Shown: in pieces, positions 37,060 through 46,104 of the stretch | How the letters are laid out: the number at the start of each line of letters is the position of its first letter | Numbering within the stretch: position 1 is the first letter of the stretch | NCBI GenBank assembly: GCA_963777315.1 | Contig: CAVZQC010000004.1 | Coordinates: 1-64,000, forward strand | Reading direction: 5' to 3' | DNA length: 64,000 nucleotides | Origin: Vulcanimicrobiota bacterium | Lineage (GTDB): Bacteria > Vulcanimicrobiota > Vulcanimicrobiia > Vulcanimicrobiales > Vulcanimicrobiaceae | Made by a program: the position numbers and the translations under genes | The notes under the pieces: generated by a model | Told to the model about the DNA's origin: nothing | What the model saw: only the letters and a program-made list of their open reading frames with translations | The model's database searches: none

Positions 37060-38490
37060 GTGCCGCCCTTCGCTGAAGAGCTCAAAACCGCCATGGATGC
37101 GGCCGGCCTATCGGCTGCCGACTTGTCCGAGCGCAGCGGCTTAACGGAGGCGGCTATTTCGTATCTGCGTTCGGGTCAGCGCGAACCATCGTATCGTTCG
37201 CTTCAACGGCTCACGCAGGTGCTGCCGGATCTGGCCGGCACGCTCGAACGCGCTTCGCCCTTCGACTCGATCGACGACGCCGTCAAAGACATTCGAGCCG
37301 GCAAGATGGTCATCGTGCTCGACGACGAGGATCGCGAAAACGAGGGCGACCTGGTGATGGGCGCGCAGATGATCACCCCGGACGCCGTCAACTTCATGCG
37401 CAAGCACGCGGGCGGATTGATTTGCGTGCCGATGATCGGCAAGCGGCTGGACGAGCTGCATCTGCCGCAGATGGTCTCCGAGAACAGTGCCGTGCACGAA
37501 ACCGCATTCACCGTTTCGGTTGAAGCGCGCGGCCGAACCACCACGGGTATTTCAGCACACGATCGCGCCGCGACGATTCAAGCGCTGCTCGATCCGGCGA
37601 CGAAACCGTCGGACCTGCTGCGTCCCGGCCATACGTTTCCGCTGCGTGCACGGGAAGGCGGCGTGCTGGTGCGCGCCGGACAGACCGAAGCGTCGGTCGA
37701 TTTGGCGCGGCTGGCTGGCCTGTATCCCGCCGGCGTTATCTGCGAGATCATGGCCGAGGACGGCACGATGGAGCGGCTCGACGGACTGATCGCGTTCGCC
37801 AAACGCCATCAGCTCAAACTCGTCACGGTCAAGGATCTCATCGCACACCGCTGGCGCAACGAGAAACTGCTCAAACGGATCGCCGAGTTCAAGCTGCCCG
37901 CACACACGGGTACCTGGACGGGCTACGCATTTGAGAATACGATCGACGCCAACACTCACGTCGCGCTGGTCATGGGGGACATCGGGGACGGAAAGGACCT
38001 GCTGGTGCGGGTCCACTCCGAGTGTCTGACGGGCGATGCGCTGCATTCGCTTCGCTGCGACTGCGCCGCGCAGCGCGACGGCGCGATGCGAATCATCGCC
38101 AAAGAAGGCCGCGGCGTCTTCTTGTACCTGCGCCAGGAAGGACGCGGAATCGGCCTGGCCAACAAATTGCGCGCGTACCAGCTGCAGGATCAAGGCGCCG
38201 ACACGGTCGAGGCAAATCTTGCGCTGGGTCTTCCCGTCGATAAGCGGGACTACGGCATAGGATCGCAGATCCTGGCCGACTTGGGGGTGCGGGACATGCG
38301 CATCATCACCAACAATCCGCGCAAGATTTTCGGCCTGGAGGGATACGGCTTGAAGATCGTGGGCCGCGTGCCGATGCACACTGAACCGACGCAATACAAT
38401 AAGCGGTATATCGCAACGAAACGCAGCAAATTGGGTCACATGTTCGAGGAGCCCAAGGCCGGTCCGCTGCCGCACGGCGATCACGCGTGA
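37060..38490 (+). CDS. ribBA: XRE-HTH fused to bifunctional DHBP synthase / GTP cyclohydrolase II
   Basis: N-terminal FAEELKTAMDAAGLSAADLSERSGLTEAAISYLRSGQREPSYRSLQRL, then DRENEGDL, RPGH, GQTEA, RVHSECLTGD..SLRCDC, QEGRGIGL, TNNP. Confidence 0.95.
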   Translation: MPPFAEELKTAMDAAGLSAADLSERSGLTEAAISYLRSGQREPSYRSLQRLTQVLPDLAGTLERASPFDSIDDAVKDIRAGKMVIVLDDEDRENEGDLVMGAQMITPDAVNFMRKHAGGLICVPMIGKRLDELHLPQMVSENSAVHETAFTVSVEARGRTTTGISAHDRAATIQALLDPATKPSDLLRPGHTFPLRAREGGVLVRAGQTEASVDLARLAGLYPAGVICEIMAEDGTMERLDGLIAFAKRHQLKLVTVKDLIAHRWRNEKLLKRIAEFKLPAHTGTWTGYAFENTIDANTHVALVMGDIGDGKDLLVRVHSECLTGDALHSLRCDCAAQRDGAMRIIAKEGRGVFLYLRQEGRGIGLANKLRAYQLQDQGADTVEANLALGLPVDKRDYGIGSQILADLGVRDMRIITNNPRKIFGLEGYGLKIVGRVPMHTEPTQYNKRYIATKRSKLGHMFEEPKAGPLPHGDHA

Positions 38491-38984
38491 CCGGTGCGGC
38501 CAAAGCGAATGCGATTGACTGCAGCGGCAAACGCTTTGCAATCATCAGCGCGCAATTCTACGAAGATGTGGCGGCGTGGCTCGAGGACGGTGCGCGCCGC
38601 GCTTTGGCCGACTGCAACGTGCGCGAGGAGGACATCGCGCGCTATCGCGTTCCCGGATGCTTCGAGCTGCCGCCGGCAGCCAAACGACTGATCGAAGCGG
38701 ATGAGAAGTTGGATGCGCTGGTCGCGCTCGGTGCTGTCGTGCGCGGACAGACGCCGCACTTCGAATACGTGGCCGGAGAGTGCGCGCGAGGCATCATGAC
38801 CGTGCAAATTGCAACCGGCGTCCCCATTGGATTCGGCGTGCTTACGACCGAGACGCTCGACCAAGCGCAGGAGCGGGCCGATCCGGCACGCGGCGACAAG
38901 GGGTATCATGCCGCCATTGCGGCGGCGATTTTGCTGCACGTGCCCGAAGAAACGGCACCCAAGGCATTAGGCTTTCGGGCATAG
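38487..38984 (+). CDS. ribH: lumazine synthase
   Basis: VPGCFELP, LGAVVRGQTPHFEYV, PIGFGVLT. Confidence 0.95.
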   Translation: MTGAAKANAIDCSGKRFAIISAQFYEDVAAWLEDGARRALADCNVREEDIARYRVPGCFELPPAAKRLIEADEKLDALVALGAVVRGQTPHFEYVAGECARGIMTVQIATGVPIGFGVLTTETLDQAQERADPARGDKGYHAAIAAAILLHVPEETAPKALGFRA

Positions 38985-39006
38985 CAGCGCCAAAAGAGGC
39001 TGTAAT

Positions 39007-40023
39007 TTGCAAAACCGCAACCGCGTAGAGACCATTCGCTGGACCGGTGACGCCATCGAGTACATCGATCAGCGGCTGCTTCCGCACGAAGAAGTGGTGC
39101 GGCGCGCGGGCACCGTGGACGAAATCGAAAACGCGATCAAAACGCTGGCCGTACGCGGCGCACCGTGCATAGGCGTGTTCGGCGCATACGGCGTTGCTCT
39201 GCTGCGTCACGTGCTCGACGACGGGGCCGCCTTCCACGCCGCGGTGCATCGGATAAAAAATGCGCGCCCCACCGCCGTGAATCTCACGTGGGCCATCGAT
39301 CGCGTGCTGCGCGCGCAGGACATGGTTGCCGAAGCCCACGCCATTCACGCCGAGCAGCGCGACGTCGACCGGCGAATCGGCGAAGCCGGGGCCGAGTTGA
39401 TCTGCGACGGTGCGACGGTTCTCACGCACTGCAATACCGGCCCCCTCGCCACTGCCGGTGAAGGAACTGCGCTGGGCATTATCATCGCGGCTGCCCGAAC
39501 CGGCAAACGCCTGCGCGTATTCATCGATGAAACGCGTCCGCTGCTGCAAGGAGCGCGCCTAACGTACTACGAGCTCGAGCAGGTTGGGGTCGATGCGGTT
39601 CTAATCGTCGACTCTGCCGCCGCGATGACGATTCAGCGCAAAGGAGTCGACGCCGTTCTGGTAGGCGCGGACCGCATCGCCTGCAACGGCGATACGGCCA
39701 ACAAGGTCGGCACGTACGCCCTGGCAATCGCTGCTGCGCATCACGGCATTCCGCTTTATGTGGCCGCGCCGCGTTCGACGTTCGATTTCTCGCTGCGCGC
39801 CGGCGCGGACGTCGAGATCGAAGAGCGCGCAGCCGACGAGGTCACCGCGTACAACGGCACGCGCACGGCGCCGGAAGGGGCTCACGCATACAATCCGGCG
39901 TTCGACGTTACGCCCGGCCATCTGGTGACGGCCTTCATCACCGAGTACGGGATCGTGCGGCCGCCCTATGCAGAATCGGTGCCGGATCTGCAGACGCGCC
40001 CCATCCTCACGGCGCCGGCATGA
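39007..40023 (+). CDS. mtnA: methylthioribose-1-phosphate isomerase
   Basis: DQRLLP, VRGAP, RPTAVNL, THCNTG, ETRPLLQGARLT, ANKVGTY, NPAFDVTP. Confidence 0.95.
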   Translation: MQNRNRVETIRWTGDAIEYIDQRLLPHEEVVRRAGTVDEIENAIKTLAVRGAPCIGVFGAYGVALLRHVLDDGAAFHAAVHRIKNARPTAVNLTWAIDRVLRAQDMVAEAHAIHAEQRDVDRRIGEAGAELICDGATVLTHCNTGPLATAGEGTALGIIIAAARTGKRLRVFIDETRPLLQGARLTYYELEQVGVDAVLIVDSAAAMTIQRKGVDAVLVGADRIACNGDTANKVGTYALAIAAAHHGIPLYVAAPRSTFDFSLRAGADVEIEERAADEVTAYNGTRTAPEGAHAYNPAFDVTPGHLVTAFITEYGIVRPPYAESVPDLQTRPILTAPA

Positions 40024-40817
40024 AGCACCGGTACGGAGAAATGACGTGGCCGGAGATCAAGGATGCGGCCGCCGCGGGCCGCGTTGCCGTTATTCCGATT
40101 GCCACGATCGAGGACCACGGTCCGCATCTGCCGGTCGACACCGACGTGATGCTCTGCGTGTCGGTGTGCGAAGCGGCGGTCGAGCGCGCCGGCGATCGCG
40201 CCGTGCTGGTTCCGCCCATCAATCACGGATACAGCCCGCATCACATGGACTTTCCCGGACCCATAACGATCGGCGCGGAGACGCTGATCCGCTACGGCGT
40301 CGACGTGTGCAAAAGTTTGGCGCACCATGGATTCAAACGGATGCTGATCGTCAACGGGCACGGAAGCAATACGCCCTTTGTCGACATCATTGCGCGGTTA
40401 ACGGTGGTGGAAACCGGCTGTCTAGCCGCAGGCGTGAACTACTGGGCCGCTCCGGGTGTACGTGAAATCGTCGAATCGCTGCGCGAATCAGAAAGGGGCG
40501 GCATGAACCATGCCGGCGAGTTCGAAACGTCGATGTACATGATGCTGCGCCCCGATCTCGTCGACATGTCCAAGGCCGTTGCGGAAATGAACCATCGGCC
40601 CACCAAAAATTACTGGACCGATCTGATCGCCGGCGACGGGCCGCTGATGATGATGGAACCGTGGAGCGCTTTGAGCGAAAGCGGGGTCATGGGCGATCCC
40701 AGCAAGGCTACCCCCGAAAAAGGCCGCCGCTTTTTCGAAGCAGCGGTGAACGGAATCGTCGAACTCATCGGAGAGATGCGCGACCGGGCGCCGGCGGTTC
40801 GCAAGGATCGCCATTAG
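40020..40817 (+). CDS. creatininase-family amidohydrolase
   Basis: EDHGPHLPVDTD, NGHGSN, HAGEFETS, GVMGDP. Confidence 0.92.
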   Translation: MKHRYGEMTWPEIKDAAAAGRVAVIPIATIEDHGPHLPVDTDVMLCVSVCEAAVERAGDRAVLVPPINHGYSPHHMDFPGPITIGAETLIRYGVDVCKSLAHHGFKRMLIVNGHGSNTPFVDIIARLTVVETGCLAAGVNYWAAPGVREIVESLRESERGGMNHAGEFETSMYMMLRPDLVDMSKAVAEMNHRPTKNYWTDLIAGDGPLMMMEPWSALSESGVMGDPSKATPEKGRRFFEAAVNGIVELIGEMRDRAPAVRKDRH

Positions 40818-42456
40818 CCTGCGCGCGCTGCACGCTGTAGCGTTTGCAGCGGCGCTGCTGCCCGTTTTGAGCGCGTGTGCGCAGCCCGAGCACGGCGGCA
40901 GGCGCGGCGGCAATCCTTGGACGATTCCGGGCGTGCTGCGCATCGCGGGGCGCCAGCAGCCGGACAACCTGAATCCGCTGCTGGGCACGCAAACCGTCGT
41001 TACCGATCTGTCGATGTTTTGGGGCGGCTATCTGTTCGACTGGAGCGACCGCGACGCGCTGGTTCCCGAGCTGGCCGTGCGCGTGCCGAGCATGGAGAAC
41101 GGCGACATTTCACGCGATGGACTGCGCATAACGTATCATTTGCGCCGCGGTGTAAAGTGGCAAGACGGCGCGCCGTTCGACGCCGGCGACGTCATTTTCA
41201 CCTGGCATGCCATGATGAACCCGCGCAACCTGGTCGTGAGCCGGTTCGGGTACGATTTGATTGCGGCGATCGACGAGCGCGACCCGTACACGATCGACGT
41301 TCATCTCAAAAAGAGGTTCTCAGCGTTCGTCGATACGTTCTTTACCATGGCCAACCACGCCGACTGCATTTTGCCGCGGCATCTGCTCGCGCGCTACCCG
41401 GACATCAACCGCGTAGCGTACAATTCACTGCCCGTGGGCACCGGACCGTTCCGCATGGTCAACAACCAAAAGGGCTCTGCGCTTACGTTCCTGGCCAACG
41501 ATTCGTACTGGCGCGGCCCTCCAAAACTGCGGCGCATAGATTACCGGATCATCGAAAGCGACAACACGATGCTGACCCTGCTGCAAACGCACGCGATCGA
41601 TTTTTACTATCGGGCCTCCGAGAACCAGCTTTCGAGCCTTCGCAACATTCCCGGAACGCGGGTAGTGATTTCGCGGTTCACTCGTTTCGCCGATCTCGGG
41701 CTCAACGCCGCCAACCCCGCGCTGGCGGACGTGCGGGTTCGGCGCGCGCTGGCGTACGCTTTGGATCGAAACGCGCTGGTGCGAAAAGTTACGCACGGGG
41801 TCGCCCTGGTCGCCGACAGCGATCAACCGTCGACGTTTTGGGCATACGATCCGAATATCATGCGCTACCCATACGACCCGAAGCGAGCCGCGGCGCTGCT
41901 CGACCAAGCCGGATGGCGCGTCGCAGGCGGCGGAATCAGAACGAAAAACGGCGCGCCGCTGCGTTTGGAACTGGTCAGTTTCACCGGTTCCGCTACCGCG
42001 GAGGCGACCGAAGTGTTCGTGCAGGAAGCGTGGCATCAAATCGGCGTCGACGTCGCCATCAAGAATTTCTCGTCGTCGCAGCTCTATGCTACACTCGGCG
42101 GCGGCGGCATCGAGCAGTCGGGCAAATTCGACGTTGCCTTCGAGAACTGGGCCAACGGCATCGATCCGGACGACTCGATTCTCTTTCGCTGCGACATGGC
42201 TCCGCCCGCCGGTTGGAACATCTATCATTTTTGCAGCCCGAAGTTGGACCGAGCCGAGGACCGCGCGCTCTCTGCGTACGACCGCCCAACGCGCAAGGCG
42301 ATGTACGCGCGCGTTCAGAGCATCGTCGCGCGGCAATTGCCCATTATCGTTCTGTGGTACCAACGCGAGCTGGACGTGGTCAACACCGATTTTCGCAATT
42401 ACAAGCCGGCGCACGCGGTCACGCCCTTTTGGAACACGTGGGAGTGGGCGATTTGA
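40813..42456 (+). CDS. peptide ABC transporter substrate-binding lipoprotein (probable ATT start)
   Basis: The signal peptide (I)SLRALHAVAFAAALLPVLSA-C needs a start upstream of TTG 40867; family-5 SBP motifs LRRGVKWQDG, PVGTGPF, VRRALAYA. Confidence 0.9.
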   Translation: MSLRALHAVAFAAALLPVLSACAQPEHGGRRGGNPWTIPGVLRIAGRQQPDNLNPLLGTQTVVTDLSMFWGGYLFDWSDRDALVPELAVRVPSMENGDISRDGLRITYHLRRGVKWQDGAPFDAGDVIFTWHAMMNPRNLVVSRFGYDLIAAIDERDPYTIDVHLKKRFSAFVDTFFTMANHADCILPRHLLARYPDINRVAYNSLPVGTGPFRMVNNQKGSALTFLANDSYWRGPPKLRRIDYRIIESDNTMLTLLQTHAIDFYYRASENQLSSLRNIPGTRVVISRFTRFADLGLNAANPALADVRVRRALAYALDRNALVRKVTHGVALVADSDQPSTFWAYDPNIMRYPYDPKRAAALLDQAGWRVAGGGIRTKNGAPLRLELVSFTGSATAEATEVFVQEAWHQIGVDVAIKNFSSSQLYATLGGGGIEQSGKFDVAFENWANGIDPDDSILFRCDMAPPAGWNIYHFCSPKLDRAEDRALSAYDRPTRKAMYARVQSIVARQLPIIVLWYQRELDVVNTDFRNYKPAHAVTPFWNTWEWAI

Positions 42457-43493
42457 AGTTCTACGATTTCGTCGACAAAAAGCCGCCCATCGGCAAGCTC
42501 GTTATCGTCGAAGGCACCGAACGCGTTCTGGCCGACCGGGCACTGGAGCTGGTGCTGGACTGCGTTCTTCCTGCGGACGTGCGCGACATGAATCTCGAGC
42601 GTTTCCCGGCCGAGCAGCTCGACGGTACCACGCGCCTGCGGGAAGCGGTGCAGGCCATGCCTTTTTTGGCCGCGTCCCGCGCGGCAGTGGTTACGGACGC
42701 ACAGACGCTCAAAGCGGCGATGCGCCGCGAGTTGTGGGACGTTGCGCAAACGGTGCCGGACGGCAACACGCTGGTTATTTGCGATTTGCTTTCGCCGCGC
42801 TCAAAACGGCCGGAACCCCTTGGCGCGGGAGGCTCGCACGGCGCTCTGCGCATCGACACGAGCGCCAATGAGGACGTGCGCTCACGGTATATCCGGGAAA
42901 CGCTCGAAGAATTGCACGTTACGGCGCATCCGCGCGTGGTTGCCGTTCTGGCCGGCAGCCAGGCGGATCTGGCGTCGGTTCGAAACGATCTCGAAAAGCT
43001 TGCGCTCGGCGGGCGGAAAATTACGTATGCCGACCTGGAACGGGAAAGTTTGTCGGTGGAAGACCCCAAAGCGTACCAGTACGGCGGCGCGCTGGTGGAA
43101 GGACGCGTAGCGCACGCGATGCAGATTGCGCACGAACTGTTCGCAAACGATCGCCGTTCGGCTGCGATAGCGCTGATCTCCGCCGCCGCGACCGAGTGCG
43201 CAATACTGTGGGAGCTCGCGCGGGGCGGCGAGATTCCGGCGCGGCTGCGCTGGCGCGAGCGCGTTTTGCGACCGATTGCCGCGCGCGTGGGCGAACGCCG
43301 GGCTCGTCGCGCATTCGAGCGCGCCTTGAGCGCCTTTGAAGCCGTCGTGACCGGCAAGGTCGACGACCCTGAACTCGTCGTCGACATGCTCACCGCCGAA
43401 CTCTCCACGCTCGATCCGGCCAGCCGTCGGGCGCACGGTCCCCACGGCACGAGGGCGCCTGTGCCCGAACGCGAAGAGATTCCGACCCCATGA
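42453..43493 (+). CDS. holA: DNA polymerase III delta subunit (divergent)
   Basis: TTG overlaps the upstream stop; LVIVEGTE, MPFLA...VVTDA, DLASVRNDLEKLAL. Confidence 0.8.
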   Translation: MKFYDFVDKKPPIGKLVIVEGTERVLADRALELVLDCVLPADVRDMNLERFPAEQLDGTTRLREAVQAMPFLAASRAAVVTDAQTLKAAMRRELWDVAQTVPDGNTLVICDLLSPRSKRPEPLGAGGSHGALRIDTSANEDVRSRYIRETLEELHVTAHPRVVAVLAGSQADLASVRNDLEKLALGGRKITYADLERESLSVEDPKAYQYGGALVEGRVAHAMQIAHELFANDRRSAAIALISAAATECAILWELARGGEIPARLRWRERVLRPIAARVGERRARRAFERALSAFEAVVTGKVDDPELVVDMLTAELSTLDPASRRAHGPHGTRAPVPEREEIPTP

Positions 43494-44905
43494 AATACGA
43501 CACCTACGCTTCTCCGTTCTCGTGGAGATACGGTCGCGCGGAATTGCGCGCGCTTTTTTCCGAAGAGCAGCGGCGCAAGTTGTGGCGGCGCGTATGGGTC
43601 GAGCTTGCGCGCGAGCAAAGCCGCAACGGCTTGGTGACGCCGGCGGAGCTTGCCGACATCGAGGCGCACGCCGGCGACGTCGACATCGACGCCGCTTTAG
43701 CGGTAGAACGCGAAATTCATCACGATTTGATGGCGGAGATTCGCGTGTTTGCCTCGCAGGCTGCGGTGGGCGGCGGAAAGCTGCATATGGGATCGACCTC
43801 GATGGACATCGAAGACACCGTCGAAACCTATCGTCTTCGGCGAGCCTTGTCGGTCGTTGGGAGCGCGCTGGGAGACCTGCTGCGGGCGTTCGGCGGCAAA
43901 ATCCGCGAATACGCCGACTTGGTCTGCATGGCGTTCACGCATTTGCAGCCCGCCGAACCCACGACGCTTGGATACCGGCTTGCGGTCTACGCTCAAGATT
44001 TAGCGATCGACCAAGGCAATCTGCGCTTCGTATTCGACAACTTGACCGCAAAGGGATTGCGCGGTGCGGTCGGTACGTCCGCGTCCTACGAGCAGCTGCT
44101 CAGCGGCAACGGCTCGTCGGCCAAAATGGAACAGGCGGTGCTCGAGCGTTTCGGCATCGACGCACGCGAAGTCAGCACGCAAACGTATCCTCGTAAGCTC
44201 GATTACCTGTTGCTTACCGCGCTTGCCGGTGTGGGTGCGTCGCTGTCGAAATTTGCGGCCGACGTGCGCATCTTGAGCTCTCCGGAGTTCGGCGAAGTGT
44301 TCGAGCCGTTCGAAAAAGCGCAGGTCGGCAGTTCGGCCATGCCGTTCAAACGCAATCCCATTTTATGCGAGCGCATCGGTTCGCTCGCGCGCTTGCTGCC
44401 CGCATATGCCGATGTGGCCTGGCAAAACGCTGCGACCAATTACCTGGAACGCACGCTTGACGACAGCGCGAACCGCCGGACGATACTGCCCGAGGCATTG
44501 CTGTGCACCGACGAGATCGTGTCCATTGCCGGGCGCGTAGTCGTTGGGCTTCGCGTCGATGCGCAGCGCATGGCACAGAATCTGCGCACTTACGGCCCGT
44601 TTGCCGGAACGGAGTCCGTATTGATCGAAGGCGTGCGCGCGGGCGGCAACCGGCAGCAGTTGCACGAAGTGCTGCGCGCGGCGGCAATGGAATCGTGGAA
44701 TGCGATCGCGCAGGGCAAAGACAACCCGCTCGGACGCCTCCTCACCGAGGAGCACGAGCTGACCAGCCGCGTCGATCCGGCCGAAATCCGGCGCATGCTG
44801 GATCCCGGCAAACATATCGGGACGGCAGCGGAGCGAGCGCGTAAACTGGCTGCGCGAATCGATTCGCTGCCTGCGTTTCCCCAGCAAAAGGACGTCGACG
44901 CGTGA
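43490..44905 (+). CDS. purB: adenylosuccinate lyase
   Basis: SPFSWRY, HDLMA, FTHLQPAEPTT, QTYPRK, GSSAMPFKRNP, ERTLDDSA. Confidence 0.96.
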   Translation: MKYDTYASPFSWRYGRAELRALFSEEQRRKLWRRVWVELAREQSRNGLVTPAELADIEAHAGDVDIDAALAVEREIHHDLMAEIRVFASQAAVGGGKLHMGSTSMDIEDTVETYRLRRALSVVGSALGDLLRAFGGKIREYADLVCMAFTHLQPAEPTTLGYRLAVYAQDLAIDQGNLRFVFDNLTAKGLRGAVGTSASYEQLLSGNGSSAKMEQAVLERFGIDAREVSTQTYPRKLDYLLLTALAGVGASLSKFAADVRILSSPEFGEVFEPFEKAQVGSSAMPFKRNPILCERIGSLARLLPAYADVAWQNAATNYLERTLDDSANRRTILPEALLCTDEIVSIAGRVVVGLRVDAQRMAQNLRTYGPFAGTESVLIEGVRAGGNRQQLHEVLRAAAMESWNAIAQGKDNPLGRLLTEEHELTSRVDPAEIRRMLDPGKHIGTAAERARKLAARIDSLPAFPQQKDVDA

Positions 44906-46104
44906 ACAAAGGCATCGAAATAGCCCGCGGCAAGACGAAGATGCTGTATGAAGCTGCCGGTCAGCCGGACATGCTCGTGATCAAGCAAACCGACGCCATT
45001 TCCGCGGGCGACGGCGCGCGCCGCGACGAGATCGCCGGAAAGGGACGGCTTGCGGCGCAAACGACCGCGCGCGTGTTCCGGCTGCTCAATCTTTGCGGCT
45101 TGCCCACGCACTACTTGAACGGCGGCGAAGACGACGACGACAACGAAATGCTGGTTCGGCGCTGCAACATGATCCCGCTCGAGGTCGTCGTGCGCGGCGT
45201 CGCGGCCGGTTCGCTGGTACGGCGCAATCCTGGCCTGCAGCGCGGTTCTCTTCTGGTGCCGCGCATGGTCGAGTTCTTCGTCAAGAACGATGCCGAGCAC
45301 GATCCGCTGATCGCTCCGGACGCGATCGTCGCGCAAGGCATCGCAAACCCGGCTGAAATCTCCGCGATGACCGAAATTTCGCGCCTGGCTTTTGAGGTGC
45401 TCGCGCACGCCTGGCGCAAGCGCGACGTGCTCCTGGTCGATCTCAAAGTGGAATTCGGGCGGCTGGGAAGCGGAGAGAACAAAGGCCAGCTGGTCATCGC
45501 CGACGTGATCGACAACGACTCCTGGCGAATTTGGCCGCAAGGTCGTGAAGATCGCATGCTCGACAAGCAGATGTACCGCAATCTGGAGATCGTCGACGAT
45601 GGAGCGCTCGCGAGCGTGAAGAGCGCGTACGAGCAGGTCGCCGAAATGGTCGGCGCGTTCCCGGTCATGCGTCCTGGGATGATCGCGCTGATCGCCGACT
45701 CCGCCGACTCGACCGCACAGCTCAACGCCGTAGCGCAGGCGTTGGGACAGCTCGGGCTCCCGGTCATCCGGCACGTTGCCAGCGCGGCGCGCACGCCCGG
45801 GTACGTACTGCAGCTGCTCCAACAGCACGATGCCACCTTTGCGCGGCTGCTGTACATCACGTTCGGCGGTCCGGATCTCGCGCTCTACGCAATGGTGCAG
45901 AACGGCACGAGCAATCCCGTAATCGACGGCTCCGGCGATCCGAGCGGCATCGCGCTGCACTGTGCGAAGATCCTCGCACTCGAGGACACGGTGCTTTTCG
46001 GGCGCACGCTGCTGGTGCAGACCAACGCGCGCTCGGCGGTGCTTGCCGCGGACGCTCAGCTCAACGCCCAGCAGCAACCCGTCCAACAATCCACTCTTGC
46101 ATAG
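44902..46104 (+). CDS. purC: SAICAR synthetase with degenerate C-terminal PurE-like domain (PAICS architecture)
   Basis: GKTK, IPLEVVVR, VDLKVEFG, ADVIDNDSWRIWP, DKQMYR; C-terminal VASAARTP...YITFGG...NPVI. Confidence 0.9.
   Translation: MNKGIEIARGKTKMLYEAAGQPDMLVIKQTDAISAGDGARRDEIAGKGRLAAQTTARVFRLLNLCGLPTHYLNGGEDDDDNEMLVRRCNMIPLEVVVRGVAAGSLVRRNPGLQRGSLLVPRMVEFFVKNDAEHDPLIAPDAIVAQGIANPAEISAMTEISRLAFEVLAHAWRKRDVLLVDLKVEFGRLGSGENKGQLVIADVIDNDSWRIWPQGREDRMLDKQMYRNLEIVDDGALASVKSAYEQVAEMVGAFPVMRPGMIALIADSADSTAQLNAVAQALGQLGLPVIRHVASAARTPGYVLQLLQQHDATFARLLYITFGGPDLALYAMVQNGTSNPVIDGSGDPSGIALHCAKILALEDTVLFGRTLLVQTNARSAVLAADAQLNAQQQPVQQSTLA

Noticed and set aside
40875..43493. 872-aa ORF
   Set aside because: Only the part from TTG 42453 (HolA-like) is protein-like; the rest is an off-frame shadow of the ABC lipoprotein gene
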